Source of the DNA: a virus
Length of the DNA stretch: 64,000 nucleotides
Strand: one strand, 5' to 3'
IMG/VR virus record: IMGVR_UViG_3300032257_000479
Location: 105,506-169,505 of that record
The notes under the pieces are model-generated. The model searched no databases and had not been told where the DNA came from. It saw only the letters and a list, made by a program, of their open reading frames with translations. Position 1 is the stretch's first letter. Each line of letters starts with the position of its first letter. The position numbers were made by a program, and so were the translations under genes. Positions 19,421-31,512 of this stretch are shown one piece after another.

Positions 19421-20244
19421 GATTGTAGCATCCTTTGTAAGTCTTGGGCGTATTCTGGGTTTCTTTCCACTTTTTTCTTCAACCTTCTGATAATATCCGC
19501 ATGCATTTGACTTATTCTTGACTCAGAAAAGCCTGTGTTCTCAGCTATTTCTTTCATGGTTAAATTCTCGTAATAATGAAGGTAAACTATTTTTCTTTCA
19601 GGTTTTGTGAAATTCTTACCCAAAAGCTTTTTATACATCTCTTCTCTAAGCATTGTTGATCCAACTTTTTCAGTATTTGTTTCAGCAATCATGCTTCCTA
19701 TTTCATCATAGTCATCTCCATCGCCTCCTGGCTTTGAATTCATGCTTGTTTGAGATACTGGTGTGGATTTTTCTAATAGCTCAGAAAATTCTTCTATCGA
19801 CATACCCATTTCTTTTGCGACCTCTTGATCGCTAACAATACCATCCAGAGCTTCCATTCTGTTTCTAATTTTTTTCATCTTGTTATTTCTTTGTCTAACA
19901 AGTCTGGGAACCCAATCTGACTTCCTTATATTATCAATAACAGAACCTCTAATTCTAATCGTTGCCCATGTTTTAAATTTAACATCTCTATTAGGGTCAT
20001 ATGAGTCGATTGCATCCATTAACCCATCAACACCGAATGAAGCTATTTCTGATGCTTCTATTTCTTTTAGCTTGTAAGACATTTTAGTGCTTATGTCTAC
20101 AACTATTTGATAGTAAAATACCATCAAATCATTTCTTGCTAAAATATATTTGCTATTCGTATCAGGAAGGTCTCTTATCTTATTAAATTCTTCCCATAGA
20201 ATCTTTTCTCTCTGAGCTTCTTGCTCTTTGTCTAATTGCTGCAT
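19417..20244 (-). CDS. fliA: FliA/WhiG (sigma-28) family RNA polymerase sigma factor
   Basis: GLMDAI..YD....VKF.T.A..RIRG..ID..R..DWVPR..R (regions 2-3) and L.YYE.LTMKEI....G.SESRISQMH (region 4). Confidence 0.92.
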   Translation of the reverse strand: MQQLDKEQEAQREKILWEEFNKIRDLPDTNSKYILARNDLMVFYYQIVVDISTKMSYKLKEIEASEIASFGVDGLMDAIDSYDPNRDVKFKTWATIRIRGSVIDNIRKSDWVPRLVRQRNNKMKKIRNRMEALDGIVSDQEVAKEMGMSIEEFSELLEKSTPVSQTSMNSKPGGDGDDYDEIGSMIAETNTEKVGSTMLREEMYKKLLGKNFTKPERKIVYLHYYENLTMKEIAENTGFSESRISQMHADIIRRLKKKVERNPEYAQDLQRMLQS

Positions 20245-20256
20245 CTTCTACCCTTG

Positions 20257-21333
20257 TTAAAATGACGGTCTCTCTGAGCTTGCGTCATATATGTAATCTT
20301 GATTGTTGGCTCTCACCCCATTTGGTGTATTGGGGAATCGAGCCACTTGTCTTTCCGTTGGAGCTAGATCGAATTTTCTTTTCTTCTCGCCGTTTCGTCT
20401 AACCTGTCTGATCATTTTCTTAGTTGTTCCAGATTGGACCTGATCAGCAATGCCAGGTTCTGCTCCTCTTCCATAGATGTGATCTCTAGCCTCTTGTGTA
20501 AGATAGTCTTTTGCTACCTCGTTTGTTTGTATAAGTTCATCAACTGATTTATTATTTCCTATTATACTGTATCCTAGATACACCAGTATGCCAACAACAG
20601 CAACTGCAGCGATAGCAATTGTTATCCAACCAATCTGTGTCATATATAAAGACACGGCGATGGAAACACCAAGAGTTATAACAAATCCAACAGCAATAAC
20701 TGTAGCGACCATGCTTCTAGTAACAAAAGCTAAAATGATCGATGCTCCAATACCAAACACTGAAACAACGCCTATCCACGCCATCTTTGACTTGAATTCT
20801 CTGGCTGCTTCATCTCTTAATTCTTGATTTTCTTGTTTTAAGTCTTCAACTTCTGAGACGGATGTTTTTGCTGCCGATTCCAATAAGTCAATTTTATCTT
20901 GTTCCTCAGAAAGAAGGTTTCTAGTTTCGTCCAAATCTGACTGAATCGATTTTAATGCTTCGCTTGACACTCTCAAGTCTCTTGTTTCATTATCAATGGC
21001 GTCCAGATTGGGTTTTATAACTGTGGCTATCTCTCCATCTGTGTTAGATCTTATTGTTTCGGTTTCATTGTCGATAGCATCCGCAGACTCCGCTACATCC
21101 TCGGAAACTTCTTCTATGTCTTTTGCTGAATCTTTTATCTTATCTTTTCCTGCAGAAAGGTTTGGGACCTCAACAGCATCCCCTATGGTTCTGCTTTTAT
21201 CTCTCTTTGGCCAAGACCAGGAGCAGCCTGACATCTGTATTAAGTAACCAGTTGAGCCAATCAACATTATCGCAATAAAAACAATTCTGTTTATATTAAT
21301 CTTGTTTATCTTCCAAAATTTCGGAATCTTCAT
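20257..21333 (-). CDS. membrane protein: signal/lipobox-like N-terminus, coiled coil, three TM helices
   Basis: Hydrophobic N-terminus ending MSGC, long acidic heptad region, three hydrophobic segments. Confidence 0.7.
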   Translation of the reverse strand: MKIPKFWKINKININRIVFIAIMLIGSTGYLIQMSGCSWSWPKRDKSRTIGDAVEVPNLSAGKDKIKDSAKDIEEVSEDVAESADAIDNETETIRSNTDGEIATVIKPNLDAIDNETRDLRVSSEALKSIQSDLDETRNLLSEEQDKIDLLESAAKTSVSEVEDLKQENQELRDEAAREFKSKMAWIGVVSVFGIGASIILAFVTRSMVATVIAVGFVITLGVSIAVSLYMTQIGWITIAIAAVAVVGILVYLGYSIIGNNKSVDELIQTNEVAKDYLTQEARDHIYGRGAEPGIADQVQSGTTKKMIRQVRRNGEKKRKFDLAPTERQVARFPNTPNGVRANNQDYIYDASSERPSF

Positions 21334-21649
21334 CCTCTTCTCCCTTGTCTGATTGTTCTATGGTATCTAACAATTGGTAAAACATCCATATTATTCCGGA
21401 TGCAGCAAACCCTGTTAAAGGCCATAGGAAGTAATTCCCAGATGTAGCTATTAATAGAAATATATCTACGACAAGCGCTGACCAAAAGGCTGTGCAGACT
21501 GAGCATTCAAGCATGCTTGGCATTTTTGGGTGAACTGTCTTTAAAATATCTTCAATAATTGGGTTTATTTTAACAATGGGCCAATCTTCGCTTTTTTCAA
21601 CGAGCACAAGAGCAAGACCTATTGCTGACAATATTGATATCCAAAACAT
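21296..21649 (-). CDS. small membrane protein (DUF1360-like)
   Basis: TM segments flanking C-x2-C-x3-W. Confidence 0.6.
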   Translation of the reverse strand: MFWISILSAIGLALVLVEKSEDWPIVKINPIIEDILKTVHPKMPSMLECSVCTAFWSALVVDIFLLIATSGNYFLWPLTGFAASGIIWMFYQLLDTIEQSDKGEEDEDSEILEDKQD

Positions 21650-21715
21650 AAATATTTATCCTATAAAGACACAATGGTATCTATTTTAGTACCATATAAC
21701 AGAGATAAGTCCTTC

Positions 21716-22042
21716 TTACCTATTGGCTCTACCCATAACCTTTTCCCATTTAGATAGCTTTCTTTTCTCTGAATTAGGATGTTCTGCTTCCCACCTAAGA
21801 TGCCTGAATCTAGTCATAGCAATCATTCTTCGGTAAATAATGAGGTTTTCCGGTTTATCTATAGGATAATCCTCCAGCCACCCCCATTCTTCTAGTTCAT
21901 TCCAAATTATCAGAGATTCACCGCTAAGACTTGTGTGAGGATTATGATATGAGTCAATTATTTCCTCCATTGTTCGATTTGCTTCTTCCATAGATTTTAC
22001 TTTTAATTCCGACAATTTTGTTTCTGATATTGGCATGATCAC
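21716..22042 (-). CDS. hypothetical protein
   Basis: AAGGAGA SD, GTG start. Confidence 0.65.
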   Translation of the reverse strand: MIMPISETKLSELKVKSMEEANRTMEEIIDSYHNPHTSLSGESLIIWNELEEWGWLEDYPIDKPENLIIYRRMIAMTRFRHLRWEAEHPNSEKRKLSKWEKVMGRANR

Positions 22043-22132
22043 TCTCCTTTAACTCCTTTATTATCGTCTAATTACAAAAAAAGAATATGGAATCACAAAA
22101 GGACTCTTGAAAAAAATAACCGAAAAAGAAGT

Positions 22133-22906
22133 ATGAACTGGTACCAAACAATTACGGCAGAGCAAAAAATAGCATTCGATTATCGAGGTTCTATAAAAGG
22201 GTTACTTGGCGGGGCCATTCTAGGAACACCGCTAGCTTTAATGATTATAGTTAACTCTCTTAACACAACACCTCAGCAAGCTCAGCAAATAATAGATCAA
22301 GAACCTCAAAGGGCTCAGCAAATAATAGATCAAGCTCCAGATGAGATTGTCGAAAAATCACAACAAGAAATTGGGCCTGAAGAAAATATTAATAATGAAC
22401 CTGCTCAACAACAAGCCGCAGCAATATCAATAGAAGCTCTTGCTCCTTTTGTTGCTCAATGGGAAGGTAAAGAGCCTTATGCTTATGTTGATGGAGATAG
22501 CAAATCAGTCGGTTATGGCTTCTACCTAGGAAACGCAAGCTCAAGGGAAACACTAGAATCAGTTGGAGCAAACTTTGATGCCGTATTCTCCGGACAGCAA
22601 CCACTCAATGATCCGCAAATGAACAGGCTTCTTCAGATAGGATGTCAAAGAGCAATACATGACGCAAAGTCTGCAATCCCTAGTTTTAATTCACAACCTC
22701 TTTTGGTTCAAACTATTATGGCAGACATGGCATATACTCTTGGAAATAAAATTAGCGGATTTTCAAAAATGCTAAAAGCTCTTGAAATTCGAGATTACAA
22801 TAAAGTCGCGGAAGAGATGGAAGATTCCAAATGGTTTAGCGATATTGGAAACAGATCAAAAAGTCATATAAACCAAATAAAATCTTTGGCTTCTCAAAAT
22901 CCTTGA
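22133..22906 (+). CDS. phage lysozyme (GH24) with N-terminal MNWY leader and hydrophobic segment
   Basis: WEG....AY.D....SVGYG catalytic region; DMAYTLG...GF.KML.AL...DY...AEEM.DSKW....NR as in T4-like lysozymes. Confidence 0.85.
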   Translation: MNWYQTITAEQKIAFDYRGSIKGLLGGAILGTPLALMIIVNSLNTTPQQAQQIIDQEPQRAQQIIDQAPDEIVEKSQQEIGPEENINNEPAQQQAAAISIEALAPFVAQWEGKEPYAYVDGDSKSVGYGFYLGNASSRETLESVGANFDAVFSGQQPLNDPQMNRLLQIGCQRAIHDAKSAIPSFNSQPLLVQTIMADMAYTLGNKISGFSKMLKALEIRDYNKVAEEMEDSKWFSDIGNRSKSHINQIKSLASQNP

Positions 22907-23475
22907 AGTAATAACTTGGCTATCTTATGAGAATTGATTGCATCAGATAAAGCTCTGTGTTGCTCGCCTTCCCAATCAAGACCCTCTCTCTCAACAGCTT
23001 CTCTTAATCCGCACTCTACGCCTCTCATCTCTTTATACAAAGTTTTAAGACATATGTGTTCATTAAACGGAACAGGTATTCCGTGTCTGTAGCAATCATT
23101 AATAATACAACCCTTATCCCATTTTCCCCATGATGCCCAGTTTATTTTAGATATGTTTACAGAATGTTCAACCTTTGCCCACTCTTTTAAATTTAAAACT
23201 ACTTCTTCTAAATTTTGCGCCGAATTTACATCTTCTTGATCGATCTTAGTTAGCCTCCTGCAAAAAGGAGACATCTTTATATTAACGCATGGCTTTATAA
23301 ATGATTGAAATTTTCCTATCATTTCGCCCTTTGTATTACACAGGACAACACCGAGTTCTATTATCTCGTTCATATCCTTTACATTACGGCGTTCCCAGCA
23401 AGTTGCCTCAAGATCGACTAGCAAAAATAATTTAGCCCCTTGGAGCCTTTGTCCAAATCTGGTATGTATACTCAT
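22894..23475 (-). CDS. DEDDh 3'-5' exonuclease (ERI-1/KapD-like)
   Basis: VDLEATCW, EIIELG, WG.WD, G.QHRALSDA. Confidence 0.9.
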   Translation of the reverse strand: MSIHTRFGQRLQGAKLFLLVDLEATCWERRNVKDMNEIIELGVVLCNTKGEMIGKFQSFIKPCVNIKMSPFCRRLTKIDQEDVNSAQNLEEVVLNLKEWAKVEHSVNISKINWASWGKWDKGCIINDCYRHGIPVPFNEHICLKTLYKEMRGVECGLREAVEREGLDWEGEQHRALSDAINSHKIAKLLLQGF

Positions 23476-23944
23476 ATTTGTTATAAATATCTGATTTATT
23501 ATGTTTTTCCTCTATTAGATTCCATTCTTCTGGTATCTTAAAGAAAACATCTCCATCTGTTTCTGTATGTATTACTGTTCTTAATATTCTATCTGCTATA
23601 GGTAAGAACAGGTTGTATATTTCTGATCCGCCTATTACATAAAAATCTTTATTATGTCCATAAGCTTCTTCTATTGCTTTTTCAACAGAATTAACAACGG
23701 TTGTATTGTTGATTCCGCAGAAATTTTGCCCCTGACCAATTTCACCACTCCTTGTTAAAACAATTTGATGGCGACGATCTAGATCAAAAGGAATACTATT
23801 ATACGTTTTCCTGCCCATAATGACAGGGTAGTCTATTGTGTTTTTTCTAAAAGACTTCATATCGTCTTTTTGATTAGTCCATGGCAATTCCCCATTGACT
23901 CCAATGACATCGTTATTCGTTGTTGCTACAATTATATTAATCAT
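23432..23944 (-). CDS. folA: dihydrofolate reductase
   Basis: IG..G.LPW, D...F, IMGRKT..SI, VIGG.EIY, GD.FF. Confidence 0.95.
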   Translation of the reverse strand: MINIIVATTNNDVIGVNGELPWTNQKDDMKSFRKNTIDYPVIMGRKTYNSIPFDLDRRHQIVLTRSGEIGQGQNFCGINNTTVVNSVEKAIEEAYGHNKDFYVIGGSEIYNLFLPIADRILRTVIHTETDGDVFFKIPEEWNLIEEKHNKSDIYNKYEYTYQIWTKAPRG

Positions 23945-24750
23945 ACTGATATCGGTGCCGAAATTCTTGGGTGAGGATCATATCCCTCTATTGTTATATC
24001 TTCGTACTTGAAATCATAAATACTATCAACATCTTTTCTTAATGTTAATTTTGGAAATGATCTAGGCTCTCTTATTATTTGCTTGTCAACCTGATCGAAA
24101 TGATTTAAGTATACATGACAATCTCCGCCTGTCCAAACAAAGTTTCCAACCTCTAACCCGCACACATGAGCCATCATGTGAGTAAGAAGGGCATATGATG
24201 CAATATTAAAAGGAACCCCCAAGAACATATCACAGCTTCTTTGATAAAGCTGACAAGATAATCTTTCGTTCGCTACATAGAATTGAAACAAACAATGACA
24301 AGGAGGTAGAGCCATTGATGGAATATCTACAGGATTCCACGCCGTAACAATGTGGCGACGAGAGTCAGGATTGTTTTTTATAGACTCAATAACCTCAGTT
24401 ATTTGATCTATGCCAAAATAATCTCTCCACTGTTTTCCGTACACTTTTCCTAAGTCGCCGTTTTCATCTGCCCAAGCATCCCAAATTTTAACACCATTGT
24501 CTTGCAAATACTTGACATTTGTGTCACCCTGAAGAAACCAGAGCAATTCGTGAAAGATTGATCGGGTATGCAATTTCTTTGTTGTCAATAATGGAAACCC
24601 TTTTTGAAGATTGAACCTCATCTGGTGACCAAATATTGCTTTAGTGCCTGTCCCTGTTCGATCAGTCTTGTGGTCGCCGATCTCTTTTATCTGCTGAAGA
24701 AAATCCAAATACTGGCTTTCTTCTCGATTAGAAAATGAATCCGTCGTCAT
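23941..24750 (-). CDS. thyA: thymidylate synthase
   Basis: [45 protein letters not shown]. Confidence 0.98.
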   Translation of the reverse strand: MTTDSFSNREESQYLDFLQQIKEIGDHKTDRTGTGTKAIFGHQMRFNLQKGFPLLTTKKLHTRSIFHELLWFLQGDTNVKYLQDNGVKIWDAWADENGDLGKVYGKQWRDYFGIDQITEVIESIKNNPDSRRHIVTAWNPVDIPSMALPPCHCLFQFYVANERLSCQLYQRSCDMFLGVPFNIASYALLTHMMAHVCGLEVGNFVWTGGDCHVYLNHFDQVDKQIIREPRSFPKLTLRKDVDSIYDFKYEDITIEGYDPHPRISAPISV

Positions 24751-25147
24751 TATAGCCTTCTTTCCATTCCTGTCCCTCTCCCCAAGTATCGTCTATATCT
24801 TCTTCATCATTAAACTCTACACTTATTTCGTCTACGCTTCTTAGCTCAAAAATTATGCCCTGAAGTTTTTTGTCAGCAATTTCTTGCATTGGGGCTATTG
24901 AATCGACTATCTTGACTCTCTCTAATTGATCTATCTTTCTGATTTTTTCTTTGAGTATATTCCATCTTCGAATAATGCAATACACATCTCTTTCGTATTC
25001 TGAGATATAATCATCTAACTTCATTGGGTAATAGCTTTTTGCTTTTTTCTTGCATTCAATCTGAGACTCAAGCAGAGTATCTAGTGTTACCTCGTAAGCT
25101 ATTACTGCATCTTCTATCTTTTTCTCTATACCTGTAATGTTATCCAT
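24728..25147 (-). CDS. hypothetical protein
   Basis: Leads the thyA-folA operon. Confidence 0.65.
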   Translation of the reverse strand: MDNITGIEKKIEDAVIAYEVTLDTLLESQIECKKKAKSYYPMKLDDYISEYERDVYCIIRRWNILKEKIRKIDQLERVKIVDSIAPMQEIADKKLQGIIFELRSVDEISVEFNDEEDIDDTWGEGQEWKEGYNDDGFIF

Positions 25148-25228
25148 AAAATTATCAAATCCTTATCTAAAACACTCAGTGTTTGATATATCATTATACC
25201 ATAAAGCAATTACACTTTCAAGCAAGTG

Positions 25229-25255
25229 AAGGCCATTAATCAAAAATGCCGAAAA
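25229..25255 (+). promoter_or_regulatory. sigma-28-like promoter AAGG-N15-GCCGAAAA
   Basis: Upstream of 25282; same geometry at 22099-22126 (+), 49924-49950 (-) and 16855-16881 (-). Confidence 0.6.
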
Positions 25256-25281
25256 CATAAAAGAAGGAAAATCGTGAATGA

Positions 25282-25920
25282 TTGGATTATTTAATTAGTA
25301 TGAGCTGGTACGATAGAATTATGCCCACCATAAAAGAGCTTGAACCAAAAGTTTTGGCAAGCGCTGAATCTATATGCTTAATACCTGGCGTTAAGTCTGT
25401 TCACTCATGGGGAAACTACGCAGATTGTTTCAACAAAAAAGATACACCAATAAGAGAAGTCGATCTTCTTGTCTTAAGTTCATTTAACTCTGGCGACCTC
25501 TTAGCAATAGACAGAGGCCCTATGGGGCCATTCAATATCGCCAAAGACGAACTCGAAGACTTGGGCTTTAACCCTCAAGCTGTAGCTTTCACGAAACACC
25601 TTCTCAAAAAATGTGAATTCAAAACAGAATTCTGGACATTGTCTTCTGATAAAAAACTTTTACATTGGGGACCTGTATCTGATACTATAGAAGAATGGAA
25701 AGAACTAAGGATACAAGCCGAAACAGAAGCAGAAGAAAAAACTGGATTTTGTCGAAAAACATTAAAGAAAGCTGATCAGCAAAAAGCCAAAGAGTGGATA
25801 GAGTCTTACGAAAACTCTCTTCAGTCATTCATTAACAAAGGCCCGCTAGGTTGGTACGAATCGACTTATTCGGAAAGCAATGACCTATATGAATCATCAG
25901 AATGTCTCGCAAAAAACTAA
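25282..25920 (+). CDS. hypothetical protein, possible Pol-beta-type nucleotidyltransferase fold (start possibly ATG 25300, MSWY...)
   Basis: V..WG(N)YA.......(E)VDL resembles the hGS..DxD motif; promoter-like box upstream. Confidence 0.55.
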   Translation: MDYLISMSWYDRIMPTIKELEPKVLASAESICLIPGVKSVHSWGNYADCFNKKDTPIREVDLLVLSSFNSGDLLAIDRGPMGPFNIAKDELEDLGFNPQAVAFTKHLLKKCEFKTEFWTLSSDKKLLHWGPVSDTIEEWKELRIQAETEAEEKTGFCRKTLKKADQQKAKEWIESYENSLQSFINKGPLGWYESTYSESNDLYESSECLAKN

Positions 25921-26575
25921 TTGCCCTATATGTAACTCTGAAACAAAAGATAAAAACGTTCATTTTTACAAATACAGAGACTGCTTATCTTGTGGTCACT
26001 CTTTTTCTTCTATAAATGAAAAAGCATCAACCAAACATTATCATAATGTTCATTTAAGAGAAATGAAAAGCAACGGAGAGCTTATGCAGCAAGCCGTTAC
26101 AATGAATCATATTAAAAGAATGAACAAAATCGCTCAAGAAAAGAGAGAGCTGCTAACAATGTTCTCTCTTCATGGAAAGAGAATACTTGATTTAGAAGCT
26201 GAAACAGGAATGCTTAATGAGGATGATGGCGACATTACATCTTTGACTCAAATACCTCATATAAAAATAAATCTACTATCATCTAAATTCGACACTATAT
26301 ACAATACAACTGGATTGTTTGATGCTATAATATCTTTTAACTATATAGAACATCAAAAAGATGTATTCAAAGATGCTCCGTTTATTTTAAACAAATTAAA
26401 TAAAAACGGAAAATGGATTGTCTCAATACCAATAGATAATGATCCATCAAAAAAATATACAGGAAGAATCCACGAATTTACTAATCATAGTTCCATACTC
26501 TTTGCTAGCGAAATAAATTATGATTTCGAAATATTCAACAAAGGCGATTCAGTCGTCTTCGTCTTCTCCAAATAA
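25880..26575 (+). CDS. Zn-ribbon + class I SAM methyltransferase-like protein (degenerate motif I)
   Basis: CPIC...C.SCG; RILDLEAETG; FDAI..F..IEH; L...G..IVS.P. Confidence 0.65.
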   Translation: MTYMNHQNVSQKTNCPICNSETKDKNVHFYKYRDCLSCGHSFSSINEKASTKHYHNVHLREMKSNGELMQQAVTMNHIKRMNKIAQEKRELLTMFSLHGKRILDLEAETGMLNEDDGDITSLTQIPHIKINLLSSKFDTIYNTTGLFDAIISFNYIEHQKDVFKDAPFILNKLNKNGKWIVSIPIDNDPSKKYTGRIHEFTNHSSILFASEINYDFEIFNKGDSVVFVFSK

Positions 26576-26932
26576 ATAATACTTTCCATCTTCTTCATCG
26601 TAGATAAATAATTCCGGATGCTCTTCTGACACATAGTGTAGTATCTCGTTATTTATAAAATCCATAAACTCAGCAAAAGTAATATTTCCGTCTATTTTTC
26701 TTATAGGTATAATAGGTCTTCTGTAATCAAAATAAGCCAACAGTAAATCTTCTATTAAGGTGTATTTGTCGCCAATCTTATCGCTAGGAAGAACCTCTTT
26801 GTTAAGCATTCTCTCTTCATAGGTATCCCTAAAAAGAACGAAGAAACCGCAACTGATTTCTTCGTGACGATCCTGTGACATATATTCAAAATTTTCCATA
26901 TGATCCATACTGTTTAAAAAATTATTATTCAT
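26549..26932 (-). CDS. hypothetical protein
   Basis: Translationally coupled to guaC. Confidence 0.65.
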   Translation of the reverse strand: MNNNFLNSMDHMENFEYMSQDRHEEISCGFFVLFRDTYEERMLNKEVLPSDKIGDKYTLIEDLLLAYFDYRRPIIPIRKIDGNITFAEFMDFINNEILHYVSEEHPELFIYDEEDGKYYLFGEDEDD

Positions 26933-27945
26933 TATTCATTTATTTCTGAGTTTCTCTCAAAAACACCATTCAATTGACGATTAACTCTAACAAAAGTTGT
27001 TCGCTTTGGTAGTTCTTTCAACCTCTCAGCTCCACAATATGCGCAACAAGAGCGAAGACCTCCCAATATATCATTTATAGTATTTTTGATTTGACCTCTG
27101 TAAGGAAGGAGAACCTCTCTGCCTTCGGATGATCTGTAATCTTTAATCCCACCGTTGTGTCGTTCTTGGGCTAAATGAGAAGACATTCCATAGAACTCTT
27201 TATATTTCTTGCCATTCTTTAGAATTACATCTCCTGGGCTCTCATCATGGCCAGCAAGCATACCTCCAAGCATAACAAAATCAGCTCCTGCTCCGAATGC
27301 TTTGCAAACATCCGCTGGAGACCTACAGCCTCCGTCTGCCATAACAAAGCCTTTCAACCCATGAGCAGCATCAGCGCATTCTATAATGGCTGACAATTGA
27401 GGATAGCCAACACCAGCCTTCATCCTAGTAGTGCATCCGCTTCCTCCGCCAATTCCAACTTTAACAATATCTGCTCCCTCTAGAATCAATCTTTCTGTCG
27501 CCTCTGGGGTGCAAACATTGCCAGCAACAATAATTGTGTCAGGAAATGCTTCTCTTGCTCTTTTTACAAGTTTAAAAAATTTATCCATATAACCGTTTGC
27601 AACATCTAAGCATAACATGTTTGGATGTTTAGATGTATCTTCTGGAAAATCTTTGTAGCCCATTGTCATAAATGAATGATTATGAACACTAGCGTTTTGC
27701 CAATATTTAGCATCTTTAGGCAAAGCCGTCATCATGCTACTTTTTGCCATTATTTCAGAAATATTAATGCTAGAAACAGAAGCCATGTTCGCTGCAACAA
27801 CAGGTATGCAGTCTAATTTCTTGTTGGAATACAAAAAAGAGAATTCTCTCTTTAATCCAACTTCGCTTCTTGAATCCAGCAAACTTTGCTTAGGACACAT
27901 TAGAACATCATCAAAATCTAATTTTATGTCATCTTGTATTCTCAT
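26932..27945 (-). CDS. guaC: GMP reductase
   Basis: MRI..D.KLDF.DVL, CLDVANGY, KVGIG.GS.CTTR...GVGYPQLSA, FYGMSS, YR.SEG. Confidence 0.95.
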   Translation of the reverse strand: MRIQDDIKLDFDDVLMCPKQSLLDSRSEVGLKREFSFLYSNKKLDCIPVVAANMASVSSINISEIMAKSSMMTALPKDAKYWQNASVHNHSFMTMGYKDFPEDTSKHPNMLCLDVANGYMDKFFKLVKRAREAFPDTIIVAGNVCTPEATERLILEGADIVKVGIGGGSGCTTRMKAGVGYPQLSAIIECADAAHGLKGFVMADGGCRSPADVCKAFGAGADFVMLGGMLAGHDESPGDVILKNGKKYKEFYGMSSHLAQERHNGGIKDYRSSEGREVLLPYRGQIKNTINDILGGLRSCCAYCGAERLKELPKRTTFVRVNRQLNGVFERNSEINE

Positions 27946-28014
27946 AACATACTAATCGACAATGATGGAAGACAAGGCTAACTAGGCACGAAAAAAGCCC
28001 CAAAAAATGGAGCC

Positions 28015-28074
28015 ATGATCGATAAGTGAATTATTTATCGCTCAAAATAGAGCAGAATATGATCGATAAGTGAA

Positions 28075-28077
<3 letters not shown>
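28015..28077. repeat. 19-bp direct repeat ATGATCGATAAGTGAATTA x2
   Basis: Identical copies at 28015-28033 and 28059-28077. Confidence 0.85.
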
Positions 28078-30072
<1,995 letters not shown>

Positions 30073-30732
30073 TTACTCAGGAAAGAACCTAAACGATGGT
30101 TTTATTCCCAATTCTCTGTAGAATACAGCTACGCTGTCATAAACAGCCTTCCTTATTTCATCATATCCAACAGGTAAATGTTTTTTAACAAGAACTGTTG
30201 AAGTTTTTATGTATCTCATATCCAGTTTGTATTTTACAAAATCTTCATCATTTACTTTAGATGGATGAACTCCACAAAGAATAACTATCTCGCTGGTATC
30301 AGAAAAGAAGGATAATGCTCCGAGAGCAATCTTTTCAGGCTGGTCAATAACAAGTAAATCTGTTTGTTTGAAGAAGTTTTTAACTCTTCCGTACAATTCA
30401 TTTAGTTCTAAACTTTCTTTTCCAGTAATAACTGAATCGTTGTATACAGGAAATACTTTAGGATAAAACTCAGCTTTAGGATTTAAATGTGATACATTTT
30501 CATCAAAACGAGACTGTTCAAAATCTACAGACATAAATCTATCTACATTGTTGTGCAAGAAAGCTGATGTCTTGGGAGAAGATCCTAAAACAAGGACAGA
30601 GCCTGGCTTGAAAGAGTTTTCTATTCCTTTTACGATACCTAAATTAGATTCTTTCTTAAGACGATCAATAGCATGAGCTATTTTTGTTCCTCTTGAATCG
30701 TTTGCTATAGCCATAGTATTATTTACCTCCAA
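30073..30732 (-). CDS. hypothetical protein (possibly degenerate Rossmann/methyltransferase-like)
   Basis: VLVLGS and DLLVID strands. Start more likely at MAIAND, after a GGAGG SD. Confidence 0.6.
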   Translation of the reverse strand: MEVNNTMAIANDSRGTKIAHAIDRLKKESNLGIVKGIENSFKPGSVLVLGSSPKTSAFLHNNVDRFMSVDFEQSRFDENVSHLNPKAEFYPKVFPVYNDSVITGKESLELNELYGRVKNFFKQTDLLVIDQPEKIALGALSFFSDTSEIVILCGVHPSKVNDEDFVKYKLDMRYIKTSTVLVKKHLPVGYDEIRKAVYDSVAVFYRELGIKPSFRFFPE

Positions 30733-30874
30733 AAATACATTTTGCTGTAATCAAATACTTATTTGAACAGGCAGAGTCCTTTGTTTTGACACTTTTTTGA
30801 TGTACCTTGGCATTGGGGAAAGGCTGTATTTCTATTGCTCTTTATTATATTTCATATATAATGGGCTTTTAATG

Positions 30875-31512
30875 CTGCGGTCTATCGACCTTGCATTCGA
30901 TACAAACCTCTGCGAGGTCCGTATCGTATTATTTTTTATTCTTTTCTTTTTTATCTTATCTGGGCTTAATGTTTATGCACAAGGACACTTTTCAGCCAAA
31001 TGTTGTCTTGTTTGATAAACAGTAGAACATAGGCTGCTCCGCATAGTAGGTACTAATATAGAATTAGAAAATACTATGGCGTTGCTGGGTTTGATTTTTT
31101 AAGGTCGGGTTCACCCAGCTTTCAGCCAGTCACCGCTTCGATTCGCTTAGATACAAGATGAAAAGTGTTCAAAAGCCCTGTAAATAGCTATCTCCTGCTA
31201 AAGGAGAAAGAGAGATGAGTCATGATGCTTCCTTTGACTCATACCATGTATATCCGAAGATATGATGTATTTTGTCGCTTAATACAAACGCTCGACGTAA
31301 AGCAACCGAGAATGCTACCCAATTTATGCTTCGTATACAAAGGTTGCGGCCCACCTATTTCCTTCTCGCATTCATGGAGTAAGCTAAGCAATAGCAAACC
31401 ATGAACTATGTCACTAGGGTACATCGTTCCGTTTCTCTTTATAAATGTACTCTTACACGAAAAAACCGCCTCCAGGTTACACATTAGGAGAGCGGCAAGG
31501 ATTAATTCCTTG
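30875..31512 (-). ncRNA. candidate large structured non-coding RNA
   Basis: More than 10 stems in a gene-free gap that is GC-rich relative to its flanks; cUUCGg tetraloop and G-U pairs on the minus strand. Confidence 0.55.

Noticed and set aside
30875-31512. RNase P RNA, tmRNA or group I/II intron
   Set aside because: No GAGGAAAGTCC P4 motif, no tRNA-like ends, no group II domain V, and no interrupted host gene.
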